Made by a program: the position numbers and the translations under genes. A DNA stretch of 64,000 bases from an uncultured Collinsella sp. (GTDB lineage Bacteria > Actinomycetota > Coriobacteriia > Coriobacteriales > Coriobacteriaceae): NCBI GenBank assembly GCA_959026725.1, contig CAUFMG010000002.1:119067-183066 (forward strand), written 5' to 3'. The notes under the pieces were generated by a model. It had not been told where the DNA came from, searched no databases, and saw only the letters and a program-made list of their open reading frames with translations. Each line of letters starts with the position of its first letter. The stretch's first letter is position 1. Of the stretch, positions 55,991 to 64,000 are shown one piece after another.

Positions 55991-56019
55991 TTGCATCGCG
56001 CGGAAACCTTGAGTACTAT
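55991..56019 (+). promoter_or_regulatory. candidate ridA promoter
   Basis: TTGCAT, 17 nt, TACTAT. Confidence 0.45.
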
Positions 56020-56108
56020 CCCAAATCAAGCGCGGTGTTCAGACCGAATTGTGCCTCCCGGTGCGAACGCCGCGCTCACGCTCTCTATCTGATCGTAAGG
56101 AGAAAAAC

Positions 56109-56486
56109 ATGAGCAAGACCGTCGTGTCTTCCGATAACGCACCCGCAGCCATCGGCCCGTATTCCCCCGGCATCCAGACCGGCAACATGGTGTTCCTGTC
56201 CGGCCAGCTGGGCATCGACCCCGCAACCGGCAAGATGCCCGAGGGCGTCGAGGCCCAGGCTAAGCAGTCCCTTGCTAACGTCGAGGCGCTGCTGACCGCT
56301 GCCGGCGCCACCTTTGCCGATGTCGTCAAGACCACGGTCTACCTGGCCGACATCGCCGACTTCGCTGCCGTGAACGAGATCTACGCTTCCAAGTTCGAGG
56401 CTCCGTTCCCCGCGCGCAGCGCTTTCCAGGTTGCCGCCCTTCCGGCCGGCGGTCTGGTCGAGATCGAGGTCGTCGCCGCTCTCTAA
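56109..56486 (+). CDS. ridA: RidA/YjgF family reactive-intermediate deaminase
   Basis: Trimmed to the ATG at 56109 after AAGGAG. APAAIGPYSPGIQTGNMVFLSGQLG and the C-terminal IEVVA. Confidence 0.85.
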   Translation: MSKTVVSSDNAPAAIGPYSPGIQTGNMVFLSGQLGIDPATGKMPEGVEAQAKQSLANVEALLTAAGATFADVVKTTVYLADIADFAAVNEIYASKFEAPFPARSAFQVAALPAGGLVEIEVVAAL

Positions 56487-56520
56487 GGCGTTGGCAACAA
56501 CTAAACATGACATGCAAAAA

Positions 56521-56554
56521 GACCCTGCAGCGCGTGTGAACTGCAGGGTCTTTT
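56521..56554 (+). terminator. intrinsic terminator after ridA
   Basis: gaccctgcag / ctgcagggtc stem plus tttt. Confidence 0.85.
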
Positions 56555-56569
56555 GTCAAGCGATGCGAC

Positions 56570-56596
56570 AAAAATGATCCGTTTTCCTCCGTCCCC
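56570..56596. repeat. solo copy of the 55837 hairpin left arm
   Basis: aaaaatgatccgttttcctccgtcccc, 1 mismatch against 55837-55862. Confidence 0.85.
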
Positions 56597-56610
56597 AAGG
56601 AGTCAGCGGG

Positions 56611-57318
56611 TTAGCCTTCCTTGCGGACTTTTTGCAGGTAGCGGTAGACGCTGGGCTCCGAGATGCCCAGCGCGGTGGCGGCGCAGGCTACGGCGCCCTT
56701 GAGCATGAACACTCCGTTGCCGTTGAGGTGGCGAATGACGTCCACGCGGTCGCTTTGACCAAGCGACGCCACATCCAGCCCGCGAGCGCTCAGCAGCTCG
56801 GCAATGCTGCGGTCGATGAGCTCCTGTGTGGACTCCGAAAGGCTTTCGACCTCGATAGAGGCGGGCTCCGTGCGCGTCGGCGCCGCGTCGAAGCACGCCA
56901 TGAGCTGCTGTGCCATGGCGTTGATGGAGCGCACGGTCGAGAGGTCGGTGTTGACGCAGAGCATACCGACGATCTCGTCATTCTCGCGGATAAAGTACGT
57001 CGCTGACTCCAATGTCTTGCCACCGGCACCGCGGCCCTCGTAGCCCGTAATAAACGGCAGGTCGCGATACTTGGCGTCGTGCATGATCTTGAGCGCCAGG
57101 TCGGTGGCGGGACCGCCGACCTTGCGACCGCTCACGATGCCGTTGCGAATATCGACGATGGCGTGGTCGGGATCCGAGAAATCGTGCAGCACGATTTCGC
57201 TGTTTTTGCCGAGTATCTGCTCCAGGAAATCGACCATCGGCAAAAAGCGACGTACGGTCTCGTTCACGGGCAACTCCTTGGGGTGAAATCGGAAATGTTC
57301 ATAACAATTTTTTCTCAT
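56611..57318 (-). CDS. YheO/DauR-like transcriptional regulator (PAS-like sensor plus C-terminal HTH)
   Basis: LGKNSEIVLHDFSDPDHAIVDIRNG is typical of the YheO-like PAS domain. The C-terminal HTH is ATALGISEPSVYRYL. The start at 57318 is uncertain. Confidence 0.65.
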   Translation of the reverse strand: MRKNCYEHFRFHPKELPVNETVRRFLPMVDFLEQILGKNSEIVLHDFSDPDHAIVDIRNGIVSGRKVGGPATDLALKIMHDAKYRDLPFITGYEGRGAGGKTLESATYFIRENDEIVGMLCVNTDLSTVRSINAMAQQLMACFDAAPTRTEPASIEVESLSESTQELIDRSIAELLSARGLDVASLGQSDRVDVIRHLNGNGVFMLKGAVACAATALGISEPSVYRYLQKVRKEG

Positions 57319-57618
57319 GGTAACACGCCATTCCTCATCTCGTATATTCGCAGGTACATTGCGTAATACAGACGAGCGGTAGGAATTCGGCGGTAAACGG
57401 TCGACCAAAAGAAAAGTTAGATGTTATTTTGACCAGACACTTTCTTGACCTGCGGAAATGCATTGTCTCAGCTCAAGAATAGTCTGATAACAAAAAATTA
57501 TTATTGAGAATGAGAATCATCTTTAATACGATATGCAACGAAGGCACACCTCAACCCCGCACTGCGTCACAATAGAGCGTTAGATGCGAAAACAACTACT
57601 TCGAGGATTGGTGGTCAA

Positions 57619-59013
57619 ATGACCCAGGAGACGGTTAAGAACGGCACTGAAGCCCTGTTCACTCGTGAAGGCATGCCTCCCGTTAAGGAAATGATCCCGT
57701 GTGCCCTTCAGCACGTACTGGCTTCGTTTGCCGGTATCATCACCCCGGCTGTCATCATGGCCGGCGTCTACGGCTTTAATAGCCAGCAGAGCACCGACAT
57801 CATCCAGGTCGCGCTCATTCTTTCGGCAATCGACACGGCCCTTCAGGCCTTCGCTCCCTTCCGTCGCTTCGGCGGCGGCCTGCCCATCGTCATGGGCGTT
57901 TCGTTCGCGTTCCTCCCGGCCCTCCAGGCCATGGGTGCCTCGGGCTTTAGCTTTGGTGCGCTGCTGGGCGGCGAGATCGTCGGCGGCGCCGTCGCGGTCC
58001 TCTTTGGTCTGGCTTACAGCAAGATTAAGTGGCTATTCCCGCCCGTCGTGACCGGTACGGTCATCTTCTCCATTGGCGTCTCTCTCTATCCCACGGCTGT
58101 CAAGTATATGGCCGGCGGTATGGGTACGCCGCTGTGGGGCACCCCGCAGGCCTGGTGCGTCGCTCTTATCACCTTCGCCGTGGTCTTTGCGCTCGCCAAC
58201 TTTGGCAAGGGCACGCTCAAGCTGGGATCCGTGTTCTTTGGCATGATCGTTGGCATGATCGTTTCGATCCCCTTTGGCATGATCGACTTCTCCAGCGTCG
58301 CCACCGCTCAGGTCTTCGCCCTTCCCAAGCTTATGCCCTACGCGCTCGAGTTTGATCCCGAGGTCTGCATTACCCTCGCTGTCGTGTTCCCCATGGTTGC
58401 CATCCAGGTTATCGGTGACGTTTCCGCCGCCTGCCTGGGCTCCATCGACCGTATGCCCACCGAGCGCGAGCTCTCCGGCGCTATTGTGTCCCAGGGCCTC
58501 ACCTCTATGGTCGGCGGCCTGCTGGGCGGTCTTCCCACCAGCGCCCTTGGCCAGAACGTGGGCATCATCTGCTCCAACAAGGTCGTCAACAAGTGGGTCT
58601 TTGTGATCATCGCGGCCGTCTTTGCCATCGCCGGTCTGTTCCCGCAGCTCTCTGCCGTGCTCTCCGCCATCCCGCAGCCCGTCATCGGCGGCGCGACCGT
58701 CGGCGTCTTTGGCACCATCACCATGAACGGCGTGCGCATGTTCACCCGCGAGGGCCTCACGCAGCGCACCACCACCATCGTCGGCACCTCGGTCGTCTTT
58801 GGCCTGGGTATTTGGATGGCCAGCGGCTGCCTCGCCGGCGAGGGCATGCCCACCTGGGTGCCCACCGTCATCGGCTCCAATGCCGTAACCCCCACCGCCA
58901 TCATGGCCATTGTCCTTAACCTGATCCTTCCGCAGACGCCGGTCGTGGCTCAGCACATCGATGCCGCCAAGGATGCCGCTGTGGATCTGGTCTTGCCCGA
59001 GAGCAAGAAGTAA
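57619..59013 (+). CDS. NCS2 family nucleobase (xanthine/uracil) permease
   Basis: Polytopic, with the NCS2-type motif IPQPVIGGATVGVFGTITMNG. Confidence 0.85.
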   Translation: MTQETVKNGTEALFTREGMPPVKEMIPCALQHVLASFAGIITPAVIMAGVYGFNSQQSTDIIQVALILSAIDTALQAFAPFRRFGGGLPIVMGVSFAFLPALQAMGASGFSFGALLGGEIVGGAVAVLFGLAYSKIKWLFPPVVTGTVIFSIGVSLYPTAVKYMAGGMGTPLWGTPQAWCVALITFAVVFALANFGKGTLKLGSVFFGMIVGMIVSIPFGMIDFSSVATAQVFALPKLMPYALEFDPEVCITLAVVFPMVAIQVIGDVSAACLGSIDRMPTERELSGAIVSQGLTSMVGGLLGGLPTSALGQNVGIICSNKVVNKWVFVIIAAVFAIAGLFPQLSAVLSAIPQPVIGGATVGVFGTITMNGVRMFTREGLTQRTTTIVGTSVVFGLGIWMASGCLAGEGMPTWVPTVIGSNAVTPTAIMAIVLNLILPQTPVVAQHIDAAKDAAVDLVLPESKK

Positions 59014-59209
59014 CCAATTCGGTGCTATTCGTCGGCGGACGTATCGCCTCGTCCGCCGACGTCATGCGGCGATAGGCCGCACTTCAAAGGGCTTGTCCCT
59101 TTGGTGAAGCGTTGACGGGAGAGGGCCCGTTTCCGGTGTAGGCCGGCGCTTCGCACTTCCGCTATGTCAGAGGTGTCAAACCCCGCCCCTGATGTTGAAG
59201 GGAGCATTC

Positions 59210-60565
59210 ATGCTTCTGGTCGCTAACGGTTCCGTCTTTACCCGCAACGCTCAGACCCCGTTCATTCCCAACGGTGCGGTTGCCATTGACGGAGATACGA
59301 TCGTCGAAGTGGGCCCCGAGCGCGAGCTCAAGGCCAAGTACCCGGATGCCGAGTACGTCGACGCCCAGGGCAACCTCATCATGCCCGGACTTATCAACTG
59401 CCATACCCACATCTACTCGGGTCTGGCCCGCGGCCTTGCCATTAAGGGCTGCAACCCCACCAACTTCCTGGAGAATCTTGAGCAGCAGTGGTGGAAGATT
59501 GACGACAACCTGACGCTCGACGGCACCAAGGCCAGCGCCTATGCCACGATCCTGGATTCCATCCGCGACGGCGTCACCACGATCTTCGATCACCACGCGA
59601 GCTTCTGCGAGATTCCGGGTAGCCTCTTTACCATTAAGGATGCAGCTCAGGAGCTGGGCATGCGTTCGTGCCTGTGCTACGAGGTCTCCGACCGCCGCGG
59701 TCAGGAAAAGTGCGACCAGGCCATTGCCGAGAACGCCGAGTTCGCCCAGTGGGCCGCCAAGGAGCGTCGCGAAAACGACAACCACATGATCGCCGCCATG
59801 TTTGGCGGTCACGCCACCTTTACGCTGTCGGACGAGACCATGGATAAGATGGCTGAGGCCAACAACGGCCTGACCGGCTTCCACATCCATGTGTGCGAGG
59901 GCATGAATGACGTGTGGGACTCCCGCCTCAACCGCGGTGGCATTAGCCCCGTCGAGCGCCTGCTGCAGCACAATCTGCTCGGTCCCGACACCATGCTGGG
60001 TCACTGCATCCACGTGACGCCCGCCGAGATGGACATCGTCAAGGAGTCCGGCACCTGGCTCGTCAACAACCCCGAATCTAATATGGGCAACGCCGTGGGC
60101 TGCGCCCCCGTGCTCGAGTTCTTCCGCCGCGGCATTCCCGTGTGCATGGGCACCGACGCCTACACCCACGATATGCTCGAGAGCCTTAAGGTCTTCCTGA
60201 TCATTCAGCGCCACAACGCCGCTATGCCCAACGTGGGCTGGTGCGAGGCCATGACGATGCTGTTCGAGAACAACGCCAAGATGGCCAGCAAGTACTTCGA
60301 TCGCAAGCTCGGTGTGCTCGAGCCCGGCGCTGCCGCCGACGTTATCGTTATGGACTACAAGCCCTTTACGCCGCTGAGCGAGGAGAACATCGACGGCCAC
60401 ATGCTCTTTGGCATGATGGGCAAAAACTGCCGCACCACCATCATCAACGGCCGCGTCCTGTACAAGGATCGCGAGTTCGTTGGCATTGATGAGGACAAGA
60501 TCAACGCGTGGACCATGGCCGAGTCCAAGAAGCTCTGGAGCACGCTCAACGATCGCGCCTACTAA
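59210..60565 (+). CDS. ssnA: SsnA-like amidohydrolase (putative aminohydrolase)
   Basis: Trimmed to the ATG at 59210. LINCHTHIYSG metal-binding HxH. Length and neighbourhood (next to ygfK) fit SsnA. Confidence 0.7.
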   Translation: MLLVANGSVFTRNAQTPFIPNGAVAIDGDTIVEVGPERELKAKYPDAEYVDAQGNLIMPGLINCHTHIYSGLARGLAIKGCNPTNFLENLEQQWWKIDDNLTLDGTKASAYATILDSIRDGVTTIFDHHASFCEIPGSLFTIKDAAQELGMRSCLCYEVSDRRGQEKCDQAIAENAEFAQWAAKERRENDNHMIAAMFGGHATFTLSDETMDKMAEANNGLTGFHIHVCEGMNDVWDSRLNRGGISPVERLLQHNLLGPDTMLGHCIHVTPAEMDIVKESGTWLVNNPESNMGNAVGCAPVLEFFRRGIPVCMGTDAYTHDMLESLKVFLIIQRHNAAMPNVGWCEAMTMLFENNAKMASKYFDRKLGVLEPGAAADVIVMDYKPFTPLSEENIDGHMLFGMMGKNCRTTIINGRVLYKDREFVGIDEDKINAWTMAESKKLWSTLNDRAY

Positions 60566-60713
60566 TTACAAGTAGATTCACGCGCGTCGGATGTTTCGCC
60601 GCATCCGACGCGCGTATAGGCGACCTCCGCGGGGTCGCCGGCGCTGTGCTAGCGCTACACCGTATTTGCGCCCGCCGCGCGGTCTCGCCGGGCGTTACAG
60701 AGAGGAGCTCACT

Positions 60714-63713
60714 ATGAGCGACATCATGAGGCCGATCCCGTTTTCGCAGCTGATGAACTGGATCATCGAGGAGAATAAGACCCAGGGCGCCGTCTTTGGC
60801 GTGCGCAAGATGGTCACGACCAACCAGGAGGGCGCGCTTCCCATTTTTGACGAGCGCATTGAGACTCCGTTTGGCCCGGCCGCCGGCCCCAACACGCAGC
60901 TTGCCCAGAACATCGTGGCATCCTACGTGGCCGGTTCCCGCTTCTTTGAGCTCAAGACCGTTCAGGTTATGGATGGCGAGGAGCTCTCCAAGTGTGTGAA
61001 CAAACCCTGCATCGTGGCGCAGGATGAGTGCTACAACTGCGAGTGGTCGACCGAGCTCGAGGTTCCGCAGGCTTTTGCCGAGTACGTGAAGGCATGGTTC
61101 GCCTGCCACCTGATCGCTCGCGAGTACGGCCTGGGTAGCCCGGACGGCTTTGTCTTCAACATGTCCGTGGGCTATGACCTGGAGGGTATCAAGAGCCCCA
61201 AGGTCGACGCCTACATTGAGGGCATGAAGGACGCCAGCGGCTCTGACGTCTGGAACGAGTGCCGTGCCTGGGCGCTCGCCAACCTGGACAAGTTTGAGCA
61301 TGTCGACGCCGCGTTTGTCGAGTCCATCCCGGCACGCGTCTCCAACTCCATCACCGAGTCCACCCTGCACGGCTGCCCGCCGGCGGAGATCGAGCGCATC
61401 GCGACCTATCTGATCACCGAGAAGGGCCTCAACACCTACATCAAGTGCAACCCCACGCTGCTGGGCTATGAGTTTGCCCGCCAGCGTCTGAACGAGCTGG
61501 GCTTTGACTACATCGTCTTCGATGACACGCACTTCCGCGAGGACCTGCAGTGGGCCGATGCCGTGCCCATGTTCGAGCGCCTGATTGCCCTGTGCGCCGA
61601 GCGCGGCCTGGAGTTTGGCGTCAAGCTGACCAACACGTTCCCCGTCGACGTGACGAGGAACGAGCTGCCCTCCACCGAGATGTACATGTCCGGCCGTTCG
61701 CTGTTCTCGCTGACCATCGAGGCCGCCCGCCGCATTACCGAGCAGTTCGATGGCAAGCTGCGCATCAGCTACTCCGGCGGTGCCACGGTCTACAACATCC
61801 GCGCCCTGTACGATGCTGGCATTTGGCCCGTCACTCTGGCGACCGACGTGCTCAAACCCGGTGGCTACGAGCGCTTTAGCCAGATGGCCGGCGAGTTTGC
61901 CGACCTGGATGGCAAGCCGTTCGCGGGCGTCTCTCTCGACGCCGTGACCGCGATCCAGACCGACTCGCTCACCAACCCGCTCTACAAGAAGCCGCTGCGC
62001 CCGCTGCCCGACCGCAAGGTCGCCGGCAAGAGTCCGCTTTCCGACTGCTTTACCACGCCGTGCCGTACGAGCTGCCCCATCCAGCAGGATATTCCCGCCT
62101 ATCTGGCGGCTGTTGACGAGGGCCGCTACGAGGATGCGCTCAACATCATCATCGAGCGCAACGCCCTGCCGTTCATCACCGGCACCATCTGCCCGCATCC
62201 CTGCGGCCGTGCCTGCGAGCGTGCGTTCTACGAGCCCGAGGGCGCCCAGATCCGCGCCAGCAAGCTCAAGGCCGCCCGCGAGGCCATGACCGCCGTGCTG
62301 CCCAAGCTACGCGCCCAGGCCATCGCAAGCGACGGCGAGCGCAACGTTGCCGTTATCGGCGGCGGCCCGGCCGGCCTGGCGACGGCGTTCTTCCTGACGC
62401 GTGCCGGCGTGCCCGTCACCATCTTCGAGGCCCGCGACTCTCTCGGCGGCGTGGTCCGTCATGTCATCCCCGAGTTCCGTATTGCCAGCGACGATATCTC
62501 CCACGATGCCGAGCTCTGCTTGGCCTTTGGCGCCAAGGTGCAGCTCAATGCTCGCGTGGATTCCATTGACGAGCTCAAGGCCCAGGGCTTCACCGACGTG
62601 GTCGTGGCCACCGGTGCCTGGATGCCCGGCTCTGCAGGTTTGGGCGAGGGTGCCGAGCTCGACGTGCTGGAGTTCCTCGAGGCCGCCAAGAAGGGCGAGA
62701 AGCTCGAGCTGGGCGAGGACGTCGTAGTCATTGGCGCCGGCAACACCGCCATGGACGCGGCTCGCGTGGCCAAGCGCCTGGCTGGTGTGAAGAACGTGCG
62801 CCTGGTGTATCGCCGCACCAAGAAGCAGATGCCCGCCGACGAGGAAGAGCTCGATCTTGCTCTTGCCGACGGCGTTGAGTTCTGCGAGCTGCTGGCGCCT
62901 AAGGCGCTCAACGGCGCCGTGCTGACCTGCGACGTTATGGAGCTAGGCGAGCCGGATGCAAGCGGCCGTCGCAGCCCCGTCGCCACGGGCGAGACCGTTG
63001 AGCTTTCCGCCACCACGGTGATTTGCGCCGTGGGCGAGGGCATCGATGCCAGTCTGTACGATGCCGCGGGCGTCGAGCACGACCGTCGCGGCCGCCTTGC
63101 CGCCACCTCCACCGGCGTTGAGGGCGTCTGGGCTGCGGGCGACTGCCGCCGCGGTCCTGCCACCGTGGTTGAGGCTATTGCCGACGCCGCCGAAGTCGCC
63201 CGTGCCATTGCCGGCGTGGACTTTAACAAGTACGCCGACCAGAATGCTCAGGCCGATCGCGAGGACGCCTGCTACGAGCGCAAGGGGTCGCTGTGCCGCG
63301 ACAAGCGCAACTGCACCAAGACTCGTTGCCTGGGCTGCGGCTCGGTGTGCGAGGTCTGCTGCGACGTGTGCCCCAACCGCGCCAACGTGGCAATTAAGGT
63401 GCCGGGCCTGGCCAAGCATCAGGTCGTCCACGTCGATGGCATGTGCAACGAGTGCGGCAACTGCGCTGTGTTCTGCCCCTACCAGGAGGGTCGTCCCTAC
63501 AAGGACAAGCTCACCCTGTTCTGGAGCGAGCAGGACATGGAGAACTCCGAGAACGAGGGCTTCCTGGCTGTGGACGAGGACCACTTTAAGGTCCGCGTCG
63601 CCGGCACGGTCCGCACCGTCTCGGTCGATGCCGTCAACACCGGTCTTCCCGAGGCCGTCCGCCTGACCATCAGGGCCGTGCGCGACAACTATTCGTACCT
63701 TCTTAAGAAATAG
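60714..63713 (+). CDS. ygfK: YgfK-like Fe-S/FAD oxidoreductase (putative selenate reductase subunit family)
   Basis: Trimmed to the ATG at 60714 after AGAGGAG. About 1000 aa, with an N-terminal DPD/DHOD-like barrel and GltD-like dinucleotide folds VAVIGGGPAGLATAFFL and VVVIGAGNTAMDAAR. C-terminal Cys clusters are CLGCGSVCEVCCDVCP and CNECGNCAVFCP. Confidence 0.75.
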   Translation: MSDIMRPIPFSQLMNWIIEENKTQGAVFGVRKMVTTNQEGALPIFDERIETPFGPAAGPNTQLAQNIVASYVAGSRFFELKTVQVMDGEELSKCVNKPCIVAQDECYNCEWSTELEVPQAFAEYVKAWFACHLIAREYGLGSPDGFVFNMSVGYDLEGIKSPKVDAYIEGMKDASGSDVWNECRAWALANLDKFEHVDAAFVESIPARVSNSITESTLHGCPPAEIERIATYLITEKGLNTYIKCNPTLLGYEFARQRLNELGFDYIVFDDTHFREDLQWADAVPMFERLIALCAERGLEFGVKLTNTFPVDVTRNELPSTEMYMSGRSLFSLTIEAARRITEQFDGKLRISYSGGATVYNIRALYDAGIWPVTLATDVLKPGGYERFSQMAGEFADLDGKPFAGVSLDAVTAIQTDSLTNPLYKKPLRPLPDRKVAGKSPLSDCFTTPCRTSCPIQQDIPAYLAAVDEGRYEDALNIIIERNALPFITGTICPHPCGRACERAFYEPEGAQIRASKLKAAREAMTAVLPKLRAQAIASDGERNVAVIGGGPAGLATAFFLTRAGVPVTIFEARDSLGGVVRHVIPEFRIASDDISHDAELCLAFGAKVQLNARVDSIDELKAQGFTDVVVATGAWMPGSAGLGEGAELDVLEFLEAAKKGEKLELGEDVVVIGAGNTAMDAARVAKRLAGVKNVRLVYRRTKKQMPADEEELDLALADGVEFCELLAPKALNGAVLTCDVMELGEPDASGRRSPVATGETVELSATTVICAVGEGIDASLYDAAGVEHDRRGRLAATSTGVEGVWAAGDCRRGPATVVEAIADAAEVARAIAGVDFNKYADQNAQADREDACYERKGSLCRDKRNCTKTRCLGCGSVCEVCCDVCPNRANVAIKVPGLAKHQVVHVDGMCNECGNCAVFCPYQEGRPYKDKLTLFWSEQDMENSENEGFLAVDEDHFKVRVAGTVRTVSVDAVNTGLPEAVRLTIRAVRDNYSYLLKK

Positions 63714-63724
63714 GCGAGTCTCTT

Positions 63725-64000
63725 ATGGCCAAATCCATTCAACATAACGTGGCCTACGTTGCCTGCGGAAGCGGTTGTGCCTCCGCAGGCGGCGACGCCC
63801 GCTGCAGCGAAGGCTGCATTGGCTGTGGCGCCTGCGTCACGGCCTGCCCCCACGGTGCCATTGCGCTGGTCGATGGAATCGCCCGCGTGGATCGCTCAAA
63901 GTGCACGGGCTGTGGCCTGTGCGGCATGGCGTGCCCGCAGCGCGTGATTGCCTTCGTTCCCGGCTACCAGAACATTCTGGTGCGCTGCAACAACACCGAT
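63725..64000 (+). CDS. 4Fe-4S dicluster domain protein (partial, runs off the window)
   Basis: My own translation from ATG 63725 gives MAKSIQHNVAYVACGSGCASAGG...CIGCGACVTACP...CTGCGLCGMACP. The frame is open to the end of the window and is not in the supplied ORF track. Confidence 0.6.
   Translation, partial: MAKSIQHNVAYVACGSGCASAGGDARCSEGCIGCGACVTACPHGAIALVDGIARVDRSKCTGCGLCGMACPQRVIAFVPGYQNILVRCNNTD

Noticed and set aside
57506-57524. Fur-box-like sequence gagaatgagaatcatcttt in the regulator/permease divergent region.
   Set aside because: It matches only about 14/19 of GATAATGATAATCATTATC and is equally well described as a gagaat tandem. Iron control of a nucleobase permease has no obvious rationale. 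No purine riboswitch-like leader was seen either.

Overview
High-GC, Gram-positive-type chromosome segment. Gene content (FabK-type FAS II, FeoAB, PTS, YgfK/SsnA) suggests an anaerobic actinobacterium, possibly Coriobacteriia; this is inference only. It is core genome: asnS, a crr-like EIIA, feoAB, rplJL, galU, rpoBC, rpsL-rpsG-fusA-rpsJ, a complete fab/acc fatty-acid cluster, rplC to rplX, a fructose-PTS locus, an rluA-family gene plus a long U32 gene, ridA, and a permease-ssnA-ygfK purine-type cluster. No rRNA, tRNA, CRISPR, transposase, integrase or recognisable defence genes were seen. The unusual part is the architecture. The ribosomal-protein/RNAP superoperon is broken into blocks by non-ribosomal inserts: galU; a lower-GC ECF sigma/anti-sigma cassette; and a 13.9-kb birA-fab-acc block between rpsJ and rplC. 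tuf and rplE onward are absent. Most of these junctions (not the galU or rpsJ-birA ones) carry structured intergenic repeats. These are: (1) a four-copy long-hairpin element with a conserved asymmetric core and compensated outer stems; (2) a ~70-bp palindromic element in three copies; (3) two periodic hairpin arrays with 62-bp and 81-bp periods; and (4) inverted-repeat pairs bracketing the sigma cassette and ridA. RpoC also carries a ~230-aa C-terminal extension with an RpoA-alpha-CTD-like helix-hairpin-helix segment. All similarity calls were made by eye from motifs, with no database search. Many long ORFs in the supplied track are antisense artefacts of high GC.
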